Assembly (NCBI GenBank): GCA_937906455.1
Contig: CALCYT010000040.1
Coordinates: 6,308-70,307 of the forward strand
Reading direction: 5' to 3'
Origin: an uncultured Bacteroidales bacterium
GTDB taxonomy: Bacteria; Bacteroidota; Bacteroidia; Bacteroidales; F082
DNA length: 64,000 nt
Both the position numbers and the translations under genes were made by a program. Numbering within the stretch: the stretch's first letter is position 1; the number at the start of each line of letters is the position of its first letter. Positions 8,299-18,096 of the stretch are shown in pieces. The notes under the pieces were generated by a model. That model saw nothing but the letters and a program-made list of their open reading frames with translations, had not been told where the DNA came from and made no database searches.

Positions 8299-9174
8299 TT
8301 AGTCATCGTTTAGCACATTCTGCAAACTTTTTTTAGAACGGGACCTCAGTTTCTTGAGAGCCTTGTCTTTTACCTGCCGCACGCGTTCACGTGTCATGTC
8401 CAACATATAGCCGATTTCCTCCAAGGTGTATGGATGCTCGTTTGAATCGAGACCGAAATAATAAATTATCACGTTTCTTTCTTTTTCAGAAAGTATTGAT
8501 AATGAGCGTTTTATCTCATCTGACTCCATTTGGGAAATCAGCTGTTTGTCGGTATCGTAGTTGTCTTCAGGCACCAAGGTGTCGATGAATGTCAGGTCGT
8601 CGTCATCGCTGACGGGGGCGTCCATTGACACTTCTTTGGAGCTTATTTTCAGTATGGCCTCGATTTTCTCTTCAGTCATGTCAAGTTCGTCGGCTATTTC
8701 CTTAATGGTCGGTTTACGCTGGTAAAGCTGTTCAAGATATGACACGGTTTTTTTCACGCGACCAATGAAACCCACTTGATTCAGTGGCAGACGCACCATT
8801 CTTGACTGCTCGGCTACTGCCTGCAAAATGGCCTGACGAATCCACCAGACAGCGTATGATATGAATTTGAAGCCTTTCGTCTCATCGAAACGTTGAGCCG
8901 CCTTGATAAGCCCCACGTTGCCTTCATTAATCAAATCGGCGAGGCTAAGTCCTTGGTTTTGATATTGTTTTGCGACAGATACAACAAAACGCAGATTAGC
9001 TCTGACCAATTTGTCAAGAGCTATCTGGTCTCCCATTTTTATCTTTTGGGCGAGTTCGACCTCCTCCTCCGGGGTTATCATCGGCTCTTTGGCGATGTCG
9101 GCAAGGTATTTGTCAAGCGCACCCTGTTCCCGATTAGTTATTGATTTTGAAATCTTTAGCTGTCTCATAACCAT
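8299..9174 (-). CDS. rpoD: RNA polymerase primary sigma factor (sigma-70 family, short Bacteroidota RpoD)
   Basis: 291 aa. MRQLKISKSITNRE, region 2 NLRFVVSVAKQY..DLINEGNVGLIKAAQRFD, region 4 TLEEIGYMLDMTRERVRQVKDKAL. The start could instead be the third codon (9168). Confidence 0.92.
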   Translation of the reverse strand: MVMRQLKISKSITNREQGALDKYLADIAKEPMITPEEEVELAQKIKMGDQIALDKLVRANLRFVVSVAKQYQNQGLSLADLINEGNVGLIKAAQRFDETKGFKFISYAVWWIRQAILQAVAEQSRMVRLPLNQVGFIGRVKKTVSYLEQLYQRKPTIKEIADELDMTEEKIEAILKISSKEVSMDAPVSDDDDLTFIDTLVPEDNYDTDKQLISQMESDEIKRSLSILSEKERNVIIYYFGLDSNEHPYTLEEIGYMLDMTRERVRQVKDKALKKLRSRSKKSLQNVLNDD

Positions 9175-9183
9175 TGTTTTTTA

Positions 9184-10251
9184 TCATTGCAGATAACTCG
9201 TCAGAGTAACCTTAATAACCTTTTCTTTTTCTCCGCGTTTTATTTTAACATCCACGACGTCGCCCGGACGATATTGCCCCAGAGTGCCCATCAGCTGTGC
9301 GCGTGTATCTATGGTCAACCCATTGATACTCAAGATAATGTCATCTCTTTTGATGCCTGCTTTCTGTGCCGCGCCACCGTCGAAGACCTCAGCCACGTAA
9401 ACACCTGACAAATAGTCAAGACCCTTGTAATCGCCCAACTCTTCGGTTATCTCCATCATTGAGATGCCGAGATAGGCGCGTTGCAAAGAGCCGTATATCA
9501 AGAAATCCTCGACCACCTTCTTTGCGATATTTGATGGTATCGCGAAAGAATATCCTTCATAACTGCCTGTGCGTGAGGCTATTGCGGCGTTGATTCCAAT
9601 CAAGTCGCCTTTAGTGTTCACCAATGCGCCGCCACTGTTTCCAGGATTTACGGCAGCGTCGGTTTGGATGAACGACTCTATGGTTCCTTCACCTAAAATG
9701 TTGATATTCCGTGCTTTGGCACTCACAATGCCGGCCGTGACAGTGGATGTCAGGTTGAAAGGGTTACCGACGGCAAGCACCCACTCGCCAATTCTCACCT
9801 TGTCGGAATCGCCGAAAGAGAGATATTCAAGATTGTCGGCCTCCACCTTGATAAGCGCGATGTCGGTGGTCGGGTCGGAGCCTATTATCGTCGCCTCCCT
9901 CTTGTGCTTGTCGTTAAACGTGACCTCTATTTTTCTTGCGTTTTCCACCACGTGGTTGTTTGTGACTATGTATCCGTCTGGAGAAATAACCACGCCGGAA
10001 CCGAAACCAACTGACACATTGTCAGGCACTTGTATCCTTCCGCCATATATTTGCTCGAGCAATGGCCCGAAAAAATCATAGTAGCTGTTGCCTCTTGTCA
10101 CGATTTCCGCGCGAATGTGAACCACCGTATTTATAGATTTCTCCGCAGCTTCCGTAAAATCAACCTGAGCCCTCAAAGTGAGAGCCATACACATTATTCC
10201 GATTATCAAAAAAAACCTTTTCATTTTACTGAGTTTTAGTGTTATTTTCAT
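9184..10251 (-). CDS. S1C (HtrA/DegP-like) serine protease with one PDZ domain
   Basis: 355 aa. Signal peptide; catalytic triad contexts VTNNHVV, DIALIKV and GNSGGAL; C-terminal PDZ. Alternative start at 10224 (MKRFFLIIG). Confidence 0.88.
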   Translation of the reverse strand: MKITLKLSKMKRFFLIIGIMCMALTLRAQVDFTEAAEKSINTVVHIRAEIVTRGNSYYDFFGPLLEQIYGGRIQVPDNVSVGFGSGVVISPDGYIVTNNHVVENARKIEVTFNDKHKREATIIGSDPTTDIALIKVEADNLEYLSFGDSDKVRIGEWVLAVGNPFNLTSTVTAGIVSAKARNINILGEGTIESFIQTDAAVNPGNSGGALVNTKGDLIGINAAIASRTGSYEGYSFAIPSNIAKKVVEDFLIYGSLQRAYLGISMMEITEELGDYKGLDYLSGVYVAEVFDGGAAQKAGIKRDDIILSINGLTIDTRAQLMGTLGQYRPGDVVDVKIKRGEKEKVIKVTLTSYLQ

Positions 10252-10361
10252 TTTAACGCTAAATTTTTAAGATTCTTGTATCGTTTCTCAAAAATTTATA
10301 CTATTTTTACAACAAAATTCTTGCCAAACTTCAGTCATTGGCGAATTATTTGGTAAATATT

Positions 10362-11168
10362 ATGCAAAATACTGATTATCAAGGAATTAAATTTAGCAAA
10401 TATCATGGCGCGGGCAACGATTTTGTCATGATAAACGCTGTGGAAAAGCCTGTCATTTTGTCGGATGATGAGGTGAAGGCGATTTGTGACCGACGAACCG
10501 GCGTGGGTGCCGACGGATTAATCATGGTTTTGCCGTCCGAAAAACATGATTTCAGGATGAAATATTACAACTGCGACGGGCACGAGAGTACTTTCTGCGG
10601 CAATGGTGGCCGATGTGTGGCAGCTTTCGCCGTCGAAGAAGGATTGGCATCGCAAAATATTGAATATGAGGCTGTTGATGGCTTGCATAAAGCTCTTGTG
10701 ACTAAAAATTCAGACAAAGAATACATGGTGTCCGTCACGATGCGCGACATCGGGAACTATGATTTGAGCGATGAACGGCTCATAATCGACACAGGCTCAC
10801 CGCATTATGTCACCAGAGTCGGGAATCTGAAAAACTATGATGTTAGAAAATATGGTGCCGCAATCAGAAACGACAAGACCATCTCCGCAGACGGTCTCAA
10901 TGTCGATTTTATGGAAGTGATTGACAATCAATATTATATAAGAACTTTTGAGCGTGGCGTAGAAGATGAGACTTTGGCATGCGGCACCGGTGTGACAGCC
11001 TCTGCGATAGCGGCGGCATTGTGGTACGGCGGCAACAATATTGACATCAAAACGACTATAGCAACCCTTAATGTGAGGCTTGAATTGTTTGGTAAATCAA
11101 TAAAAAACATAATATTATCAGGTCCGGCGACTCATGTTTTCGACGGATTTTGTATCTTTGCAAAATGA
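10362..11168 (+). CDS. dapF: Diaminopimelate epimerase
   Basis: FSKYHGAGNDFVMI and two catalytic Cys contexts (FCGNGGRC, ACGTGVTA). I prefer the ATG at 10362 over the TTG at 10338 listed in the track. Confidence 0.9.
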   Translation: MQNTDYQGIKFSKYHGAGNDFVMINAVEKPVILSDDEVKAICDRRTGVGADGLIMVLPSEKHDFRMKYYNCDGHESTFCGNGGRCVAAFAVEEGLASQNIEYEAVDGLHKALVTKNSDKEYMVSVTMRDIGNYDLSDERLIIDTGSPHYVTRVGNLKNYDVRKYGAAIRNDKTISADGLNVDFMEVIDNQYYIRTFERGVEDETLACGTGVTASAIAAALWYGGNNIDIKTTIATLNVRLELFGKSIKNIILSGPATHVFDGFCIFAK

Positions 11169-11689
11169 TGTTTATAAACAATGACATGGTATCTTTGCGC
11201 ATGGCGGAACCCGATGATGCCGACAAAATATGCAATTGGGAAAACGACATGCAGGTGTGGCGCGACAGCGAGACACGCGTCCCCTTCTCGTTGCATCAAA
11301 TCAAGGCGTTTTTATTGAATAACAATGACTTGATGAGTGAGCGACAACTCCGTTTCATTGTTGAAGACGCAAAAACCAACGACTCTGTAGGTTGCATCGA
11401 CATCTATGACTACGACGAGTTCAACTCACGCGCCGGTTTCGGTATTTTGATAGACAAGAAATATCGGGGCAAAGGATATGCTAAAAACGCAATAACATTA
11501 CTTTTGGATTATTGTTTTAACACATTGTTACTCAATCAGATATATGTCTTGACTTTGGCAACGAATGTGGAAAGCAACATCTTGTTCGAGTCGCTGGGAT
11601 TCGAGCGGTGCGGACTTAAAAGACAATGGTATAAAACATCACAGGGATTTATCGATCAGGTTGAATATCAATATATTAACAAAAAATGA
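11165..11689 (+). CDS. GNAT family N-acetyltransferase (RimJ/RimL-like)
   Basis: The ATG at 11165 overlaps the dapF stop (ATGA). Acetyl-CoA motif region KKYRGKGYAKNAITLLLDY. Confidence 0.8.
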   Translation: MMFINNDMVSLRMAEPDDADKICNWENDMQVWRDSETRVPFSLHQIKAFLLNNNDLMSERQLRFIVEDAKTNDSVGCIDIYDYDEFNSRAGFGILIDKKYRGKGYAKNAITLLLDYCFNTLLLNQIYVLTLATNVESNILFESLGFERCGLKRQWYKTSQGFIDQVEYQYINKK

Positions 11690-12735
11690 GAGGCTATAAA
11701 ACATATCGCGACCGAAAGAGAAAAAATGGCAAGCTGCGCATTGTCATAATGATAGTTTTGGTGATAGCCTGTGCCGTATGTGCTTTTTATGCAAGAAATT
11801 ATCTTTATATCTCAAGACCTATCATACAAACGGCAGAAGGAAAAGATGTGTCGCTTTATATCCCGACAGGCTCTGATTATCAATATGTTATAAATGAGTT
11901 ATCGTCGCTTGAAGTACTTAAAAACAAAAATGCCTTCGAGTGGCTCGCAAAAAAATCACATTATAGTGAGAATGTGCATCCAGGCAGATATGTCTTGACT
12001 GACGGGATGAGTAACCAACAGCTAATCAACATGTTACGAATGGGATACCAAACGCCTGTGAAAGTCAGGTTTCACAATATTCGCACCGTTGAGCAGCTTG
12101 CGGGACGCATAGGCGAGCAGATAGAGGCCGACTCATTATCAATTATCACGGCTATCAATAACAATGCTGATGTTGATGCAACTACTTTTATACCAAACAC
12201 TTACGAGTTTTATTGGAATACAGATGCCGATGATTTCATCGAAAAAATGGTGGCAGAACATAATCGTTTTTGGAACGAGAAACGACTGACGAAAGCCAAC
12301 GACATCAAACTGACGCCTCGGCAAGTCAGCATCTTAGCGTCAATCATTGACAAAGAGACGACCAAGGTCTCGGAAATGCCCACAATAGCAGGCGTATATC
12401 TCAACCGTCTGCGAAAACGCTGGCCGTTACAAGCCGATCCGACACTCATTTACGCCTTGGGCGACTACAGCATCAGGCGCGTCCTTGACGTGCACAAAAA
12501 GATTGATTCGCCATACAACACCTACAAATACGCAGGTTTGCCGCCGGGACCTATATGCATACCCTCGATAGCGGCAATCGACGCCGTCCTGAACGCGGAG
12601 AAACATAATTATTTCTATTTCTGCGCCAAAGACGATCTCTCGGGATACCATGTGTTTGCGAAAAACATCACCGAACACAACAAAAACGCCGAGAAATACA
12701 GAAGAGCATTAAACAAAAACAAAATATACAAATGA
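11686..12735 (+). CDS. mltG: Endolytic murein transglycosylase MltG (YceG-like)
   Basis: 349 aa. N-terminal TM segment. ILASIIDKET, VYLNRL, LQADPT and YNTYKYAGLPPGPICIPS are typical of YceG. Confidence 0.88.
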   Translation: MRGYKTYRDRKRKNGKLRIVIMIVLVIACAVCAFYARNYLYISRPIIQTAEGKDVSLYIPTGSDYQYVINELSSLEVLKNKNAFEWLAKKSHYSENVHPGRYVLTDGMSNQQLINMLRMGYQTPVKVRFHNIRTVEQLAGRIGEQIEADSLSIITAINNNADVDATTFIPNTYEFYWNTDADDFIEKMVAEHNRFWNEKRLTKANDIKLTPRQVSILASIIDKETTKVSEMPTIAGVYLNRLRKRWPLQADPTLIYALGDYSIRRVLDVHKKIDSPYNTYKYAGLPPGPICIPSIAAIDAVLNAEKHNYFYFCAKDDLSGYHVFAKNITEHNKNAEKYRRALNKNKIYK

Positions 12736-14081
12736 AAGCATTCAAGGCATACGACATCAGAGGTGTCTGGGGTACCGACCTCAACGAGGAGATAGCATAC
12801 AGAATAGGTTATTTTCTTCCGGAAGTGTTGCCCGCCAAGACTTTTTTGGTGGGCAGAGACATGCGGCTGTCGTCAGACTCAGCCTTCGCTCAGCTGACTA
12901 AAGGTCTTAACGACCGTGGCGTCAATGTTGACAGCGTGGGACTCTCCACTACCCCGCTAATATATTGGACTACAGCGAGATACGGCTATGATGCCTCGGT
13001 GATGATTACAGCGTCGCATAACCCGTCGAACCATAACGGGTTTAAAATCAGCGCGAGAGATGCTAAACCTGTTGGCTATGACACCGGACTGAACAAACTT
13101 GAGAAACTTGTTGAATCGGACAAAAAAACCGTTGTGGCGGCACAAAGAGGCATTACAAAAGACATCAACGTATATGCACAATATGTTGATTTTCAGACAC
13201 AGTTTCTTGGTGACATCACTAATTTGAAAGTCGCCGTCGATTGCAGCAACGGAGCCGCCAATATATTCATCAAACAATTGCTTGGCGACACACCTAATTA
13301 TATTAATGACACTCTCGACGGCCGCTTCCCCGGGCATGAGCCAAACCCGTTAGAGGCTGAAAATCAAGAACAAATCAAGGAAATGGTGCTGAGACATAAA
13401 TGTGATATCGGTCTCCTTTTCGATGGTGACGCCGACCGCATCACATTCATTGACGAGAAGGGACAGTTCATCTCTCCTGACCTGATTATCGCTTTCTTAG
13501 GTAATTATTTCCTTGGCGAGAAAAAACAGAAAGGCATTGTGCTTCAAGACATTAGGTCGTCAAGAGCCATCCAGGAATATCTCGGGAGGCTCTATGGTGC
13601 CAAGGTCGAGACATGGCGTGTGGGACGCGCCTATGCAGCCCTGAAACTCCGTGAGCTCGACGGATGCTTTGGAGGCGAGCTGGCCGGACATTATTACTTC
13701 CGCGACTTCTACTACTCTGATTCAGGAATAATGGCAGCCATGTTAGTGCTACGATTGTTGTCGCAATTCAAGGCGAATGGTCAATGTATGTCGCAGATTA
13801 TCAAAGAAATATCACCTTATCACAACTCCGGCGAGATTAATTTCACAATAGAGAGGAAAAAAGAAGCCATGGATGCCGTGCGCGATTATTTCATGAGTGT
13901 CGAGACACCTGAACGTTTCCTCGATTTCGACGGCTATCGTCTTGATTATCATGACTGGTGGCTTAACATCCGTCCCTCGAACACTGAACCATATTTGAGA
14001 TTTTTAGCTGAAGCAAAGTCGGAGGAGAAGTTGAATGAAATTGTGAAAACGGTGAGGGGATTGTTAGCCATTAGCCATTAG
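12732..14081 (+). CDS. Phosphomannomutase/phosphoglucomutase (alpha-D-phosphohexomutase family)
   Basis: 449 aa. Active-site loop TASHNPSNHNGFK and Mg loop FDGDADR. The C-terminal AISH and its stop are encoded by the TTAGCCA repeat. Confidence 0.88.
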   Translation: MKAFKAYDIRGVWGTDLNEEIAYRIGYFLPEVLPAKTFLVGRDMRLSSDSAFAQLTKGLNDRGVNVDSVGLSTTPLIYWTTARYGYDASVMITASHNPSNHNGFKISARDAKPVGYDTGLNKLEKLVESDKKTVVAAQRGITKDINVYAQYVDFQTQFLGDITNLKVAVDCSNGAANIFIKQLLGDTPNYINDTLDGRFPGHEPNPLEAENQEQIKEMVLRHKCDIGLLFDGDADRITFIDEKGQFISPDLIIAFLGNYFLGEKKQKGIVLQDIRSSRAIQEYLGRLYGAKVETWRVGRAYAALKLRELDGCFGGELAGHYYFRDFYYSDSGIMAAMLVLRLLSQFKANGQCMSQIIKEISPYHNSGEINFTIERKKEAMDAVRDYFMSVETPERFLDFDGYRLDYHDWWLNIRPSNTEPYLRFLAEAKSEEKLNEIVKTVRGLLAISH

Positions 14082-14102
14082 CCATTAGCCATTAGCGATT
14101 AG
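14064..14102 (+). repeat. Heptamer tandem repeat (TTAGCCA)x4, then TTAGCGA and TTAG
   Basis: ttagcca ttagcca ttagcca ttagcca ttagcga ttag. It spans the stop codon of the phosphohexomutase gene. Confidence 0.9.
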
Positions 14103-14121
14103 TTGGGGATTATAAGAAGAA

Positions 14122-15027
14122 ATGAAAAAAATCACTGTTATATTATTGATTTTCAGTACATTATATGTATCGGCACAAGATACTCTGAGAGACGACGCGC
14201 GCGTGAGGAGGAATGTGAGCATTGTGCTTGGCACAGAGGCGGCATTGTATGCCGCGTCCATGACAGGGCTTTATTTCGCATGGTATGCCGACTATCCTCA
14301 ATCAAAATTCCATTTCTACAACGACAATGGCGAGTGGCTGCAGATGGATAAAATCGGACATGGGACGACATCGTATCTCGTTGGTTTATATGGCTATGAG
14401 CTGCTTCGTCATGCAGGTCTCGATGAGCGACGTTCCATATGGTTTGGAGGTACTTTGGGCTTGATTTTCCTCACAAGTGTGGAGGTTTTCGACGGTTTTT
14501 CCGACGGATGGGGCTTCTCTTGGGGCGACATGGCTGCCAACACCTTAGGCTCGGCCATGTTCATCGGTCAACAGTTGCTCTGGCATGAACAACGTGTCAC
14601 CTTGAAATACTCATTCCATACTACAGAGTTTCCGGATTATCGTCCGGATTTGTTAGGGTCAAATTTGATTCAACAAACGATAAAAGACTATAACGGACAG
14701 ACTTATTGGGCTTCATTTAATATCAAGTCGTTGTTTCTCAATAAGGAAAGCAAATTCCCTGCGTGGCTGAACATCGCCGTGGGCTATGGTGCCACCGGCA
14801 TGACAGGTGCTTTCGACAACACGTTGGAACACAATGGAGAACCTATCCCACACTATGACAGAGTCCGACAGCTCTATCTCTCTCCCGACATCGATTTCAC
14901 GAGAATCCCGACAAACAATAAATTTTTAAAATATACGTTTAAAGTATTGAATATCTTCAAGATGCCGCTTCCTGCGATAGAATATAACTCGAAAGGAGAT
15001 TTTGCGTGGCATTGGATTTATTTTTAG
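14122..15027 (+). CDS. Signal-peptide protein, possibly DUF2279-like
   Basis: 301 aa. The N-terminal signal peptide is MKKITVILLIFSTLYVSAQ. The family name is recalled from the motif context MDKIGHG and is only tentative. Confidence 0.6.
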   Translation: MKKITVILLIFSTLYVSAQDTLRDDARVRRNVSIVLGTEAALYAASMTGLYFAWYADYPQSKFHFYNDNGEWLQMDKIGHGTTSYLVGLYGYELLRHAGLDERRSIWFGGTLGLIFLTSVEVFDGFSDGWGFSWGDMAANTLGSAMFIGQQLLWHEQRVTLKYSFHTTEFPDYRPDLLGSNLIQQTIKDYNGQTYWASFNIKSLFLNKESKFPAWLNIAVGYGATGMTGAFDNTLEHNGEPIPHYDRVRQLYLSPDIDFTRIPTNNKFLKYTFKVLNIFKMPLPAIEYNSKGDFAWHWIYF

Positions 15028-15056
15028 GTATGCTTTTGATTTAAAAGGTAGATATT

Positions 15057-15476
15057 ATGAAAAAGACATTGTTTTTTACAAGTTTGACGGCATTGTTTCT
15101 GATGCTCAGTTGCGGTCCCAATCCGGAAAAATCGAGGCTTTATCTTGACAAAGGCATTGATTATCTTTTTGCTTCGCAGTTTGACGAGGCCATAGGGTTT
15201 TTCGACAAGGCCATCGAGTGTGATGAGACCAACTTTGAGGCTTATTATTATCGCGGATGCGCTTACAGCAACAATTTCAGGAACGATATGGCATTGAAGG
15301 ACTGGAACAAGGCAATCGAGCTAAAACCCGACTACCCCAATCCATATTTCAACATCGGATTGATTTACAAAATGCACAACGACAACTCTATGGCGTGTTA
15401 TTATTTCAAATTAGCCGAAAAATATGGTCGTGAGAATATGACAGATTACGTGAAATTTTGCGATTATTACGAGTGA
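15057..15476 (+). CDS. TPR-repeat lipoprotein
   Basis: 139 aa. Lipobox LMLSC. TPR-like AYYYRGCAY / NKAIELKPDY. Confidence 0.75.
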   Translation: MKKTLFFTSLTALFLMLSCGPNPEKSRLYLDKGIDYLFASQFDEAIGFFDKAIECDETNFEAYYYRGCAYSNNFRNDMALKDWNKAIELKPDYPNPYFNIGLIYKMHNDNSMACYYFKLAEKYGRENMTDYVKFCDYYE

Positions 15477-15477
15477 C

Positions 15478-16086
15478 ATGGCTGAATATTCTTCCATTTT
15501 GTTAGAAAAGGCCGTTGATGAGCTTGCCAAATTACCCGGGATAGGACGAAAGACATCCTTGAGGCTCGCCTTGCATCTCCTTGGCGAGGAGAAAGTGGTC
15601 ACTGATGCGCTTTCAAAATCGTTGCTCGACATGCGCAACAATATCGTTTTGTGCAAGAAATGCTATAACATAAGTGATAGTGAGTACTGTTCGATATGTT
15701 CTAATCCTAAGAGAGACAATGGTTTACTGTGCGTTGTTGCCGACATGCGCGATGTGATGGCCATCGAGCGCACAGGCTCTTACAATGGAGTCTATCATGT
15801 GCTCGGAGGTGTCATCGACCCGATAAACGGCATCTCACCCAATGATTTGAGAATCAAGGAGTTGGTTGACAGAAGCTTTAATGAGAGTTTTCGGGAGATA
15901 ATCTTGGCGTTGCCCGCCACCATCGAAGGCGACACTACTAACTACTACATTTCCAAGATGTTAACACATTTTGAGGGACAGGTCACCGCGATAGCTAAAG
16001 GCATCGCCGTAGGCGATGCCTTGGAATATGCCGATGAGGTAACTTTGGGACGTTCGATAACAAACCGGATGCCGTTCAATCGCTAA
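15478..16086 (+). CDS. recR: Recombination protein RecR
   Basis: 202 aa. HhH LPGIGRKTSLRLALHLL, zinc finger CKKC..CSIC, and a Toprim region. Confidence 0.92.
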   Translation: MAEYSSILLEKAVDELAKLPGIGRKTSLRLALHLLGEEKVVTDALSKSLLDMRNNIVLCKKCYNISDSEYCSICSNPKRDNGLLCVVADMRDVMAIERTGSYNGVYHVLGGVIDPINGISPNDLRIKELVDRSFNESFREIILALPATIEGDTTNYYISKMLTHFEGQVTAIAKGIAVGDALEYADEVTLGRSITNRMPFNR

Positions 16087-16131
16087 GGATGTCTTACATT
16101 TGACGTAAGATGCGGCAAATATTTTCGATTT

Positions 16132-16899
16132 CTATTTTATCACCTTGTAAATCAGCTCCTCTCCGGGACGGGCGAGTCGCATGCGTCGCCGTTGCTCATC
16201 AGAGAGTTCGTAATAAATCCTGTCGGCATCGACGGTGAAGCCGGCTTTTTCCAGCACTTGCGCATAGTCACGGCCGAACTGCCTGACATGGTCGTATTGC
16301 CCGAAACAGCGTTTGCGTTCTTCAGGGTCAGTGATCGTAAGGTCTTCCCAGGTGTCAACATCAGGATTTATCGGGACCATCAGTATCGCCCAGCCGCCGG
16401 GTTTCATGACGCGTTTTATCTCAGAAAAAGCCTTGTTGACATCATCGACATGCTCCAGCACATGGTTGCAAATCACCACATCATATTGATTATCAGGCAA
16501 ATTGATATGTGTCACATCGAGATGAAGGTCTGCTATTGGCGAATCGAGGTCGGCGGTGGTGTAATCGAGGTTTTTCAGGGTTTTAAAGCGTTTAATGAAG
16601 GGCTGTTCAGGCGCGAAATGCAACACCTTCAGATTATCGGTGAAAAATCCTGTTTTCTCGTGAAGATACAGCCAAAGCAGACGATGACGCTCAAGCGACA
16701 GACATCGCGGACACATACGGTTTGCCATCGCCACTCCGTAACCGTAAGGCAAAAACTTCCGGAAATGTCCGCCACACACCGGACATTCCACCTTGTCACC
16801 GATGTAAAACGGACGTATCAGGAAACTGAACAGCCCGCTGAGGCGAATCAGCGTCTGACGCGGGAAAATCCTTGTAAATAAAGCGATTAACTTTTTCAT
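16132..16899 (-). CDS. Class I SAM-dependent methyltransferase with an N-terminal Cys4 motif
   Basis: I prefer the start MKKLIALF at 16899, which overlaps the upstream stop (ATGA). CPVCGG..CPRC, then VLHFAPE and DVVICNHVLEHV. Confidence 0.78.
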   Translation of the reverse strand: MKKLIALFTRIFPRQTLIRLSGLFSFLIRPFYIGDKVECPVCGGHFRKFLPYGYGVAMANRMCPRCLSLERHRLLWLYLHEKTGFFTDNLKVLHFAPEQPFIKRFKTLKNLDYTTADLDSPIADLHLDVTHINLPDNQYDVVICNHVLEHVDDVNKAFSEIKRVMKPGGWAILMVPINPDVDTWEDLTITDPEERKRCFGQYDHVRQFGRDYAQVLEKAGFTVDADRIYYELSDEQRRRMRLARPGEELIYKVIK

Positions 16900-18020
16900 A
16901 GTAATTCTCTTAAGGCAGCGGTCATACTTGACCATGTATATTTCTTTTTTTCGTCACGAACACCTTCCGCAAAGACATCGTATCTGACGTTTTCATAAAA
17001 ATCAACGAGAGCGTCGGCTATCGCAATGGGCTGAGGCTCAACAACATATCCTACTTTGCCGTTGGGGATGATTTCCTTCAGTCCGCCGACATCAGTCACA
17101 AGAACCGGTCTCTCGAAATGATAAGCCACCTGTGTCACACCACTTTGCGTTGACGATTTATAAGGCTGCACGATAATATCAGCAGCATTAAAGTAATACT
17201 TTACATCAATATCGCTAATATATTTATTTTCAATTATAACCAATTCATTCAGCCCATGTTGTCCAATCTGTTGGAGATAAGGCTTAGGGTCATCGTAAAA
17301 CTCACCGGCGACAATCAGTTTCACCTTGTGTTTGCGAAGCCGCTCGTCAGCAAAAGCGTCGATGAGAAGGTCAAGGCCTTTGTATGCGCGCACGAGACCG
17401 AAAAACAGCATATAACTATAACTTTCGTCGAGATTAAGATGTCTTATCGCCACCGTTCTGTCCATCGTCTCTCCATAGTGGTCGTACAACGGATGTGGTA
17501 CGAAACACTTAGGTTTATCTTGATTGTCAAGCGATTTCACATCATCAAGAACCGACTGTGACAGTGCCACGAAGCCATCCATTGACTTCACAAAATATGG
17601 AGGCAGAATCTTGTCGAGAATCGATTTCTCATGTGGTATCATATTGTGTATCAATCCAATACACTTCGTATGACGGTTCTTCTTTATCAATCGCGCTATC
17701 TTGCCGAAACATGGAGCGAAGAACGACATCCAATAGGTGAAAACCACGATATCGGGATTCTTCTTGCGTAACTCCTTCCCCACTTTTATCCAGTTCAACG
17801 GATTGACACTGTTCACTTTACGTGAAATCTCAAAGCCTTGCGGAGCTTTGGCGTCAGAATATTGCGTCTTACCCGGAAAAAGGAATGAAGGATACTGAAG
17901 CTTAAACGTAACCACTTCAATATCAACACCTTCCCTGACAAACTCCGTAGCAAGTCTGTCGGTGAAAGCCGCAATCCCTCCACGATAAGGATACGAAGAA
18001 CCCACAATGACAATCTTCAT
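16896..18020 (-). CDS. Glycosyltransferase family 4 (GT-B fold)
   Basis: 374 aa. C-terminal E-x7-E-like region (QPYKSSTQSGVTQVAYHFERPVLVTDVGGLKE). Confidence 0.8.
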   Translation of the reverse strand: MKIVIVGSSYPYRGGIAAFTDRLATEFVREGVDIEVVTFKLQYPSFLFPGKTQYSDAKAPQGFEISRKVNSVNPLNWIKVGKELRKKNPDIVVFTYWMSFFAPCFGKIARLIKKNRHTKCIGLIHNMIPHEKSILDKILPPYFVKSMDGFVALSQSVLDDVKSLDNQDKPKCFVPHPLYDHYGETMDRTVAIRHLNLDESYSYMLFFGLVRAYKGLDLLIDAFADERLRKHKVKLIVAGEFYDDPKPYLQQIGQHGLNELVIIENKYISDIDVKYYFNAADIIVQPYKSSTQSGVTQVAYHFERPVLVTDVGGLKEIIPNGKVGYVVEPQPIAIADALVDFYENVRYDVFAEGVRDEKKKYTWSSMTAALRELL

Positions 18021-18040
18021 CTATTTTGTTTTTAAAATCT

Positions 18041-18096
18041 TTACTCCTTACTCTCAACTTTCAACTCTCCACTCTCAGCACTCTTCTCCACAACTT
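18041..18096 (+). repeat. Period-7 repeat (YNACTCT x ~8) containing the reverse complement of the core TGAGAGTGGAGAG
   Basis: ttactcc ttactct caacttt caactct ccactct cagcact cttctcc acaactt. It encodes the C-terminal tail VEKSAESGELKVESKE and the stop of the HMA protein on the minus strand. Confidence 0.8.

Noticed and set aside
14064-14102. Whether the heptamer or octamer arrays (also at 2801, 4349, 18041, 49155, 52766, 57029 and 60026) are CRISPR remnants or mobile-element ends.
   Set aside because: They are head-to-tail microsatellite-like units without spacers, terminal inverted repeats, target-site duplications or nearby transposase genes.
16091-16110. A small hairpin (tcttac-atttgac-gtaaga) between convergent recR and the methyltransferase gene, considered as a bidirectional terminator.
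   Set aside because: It has only a 6-bp AT-rich stem and no adjacent U-tract on either strand, which is too weak to call.
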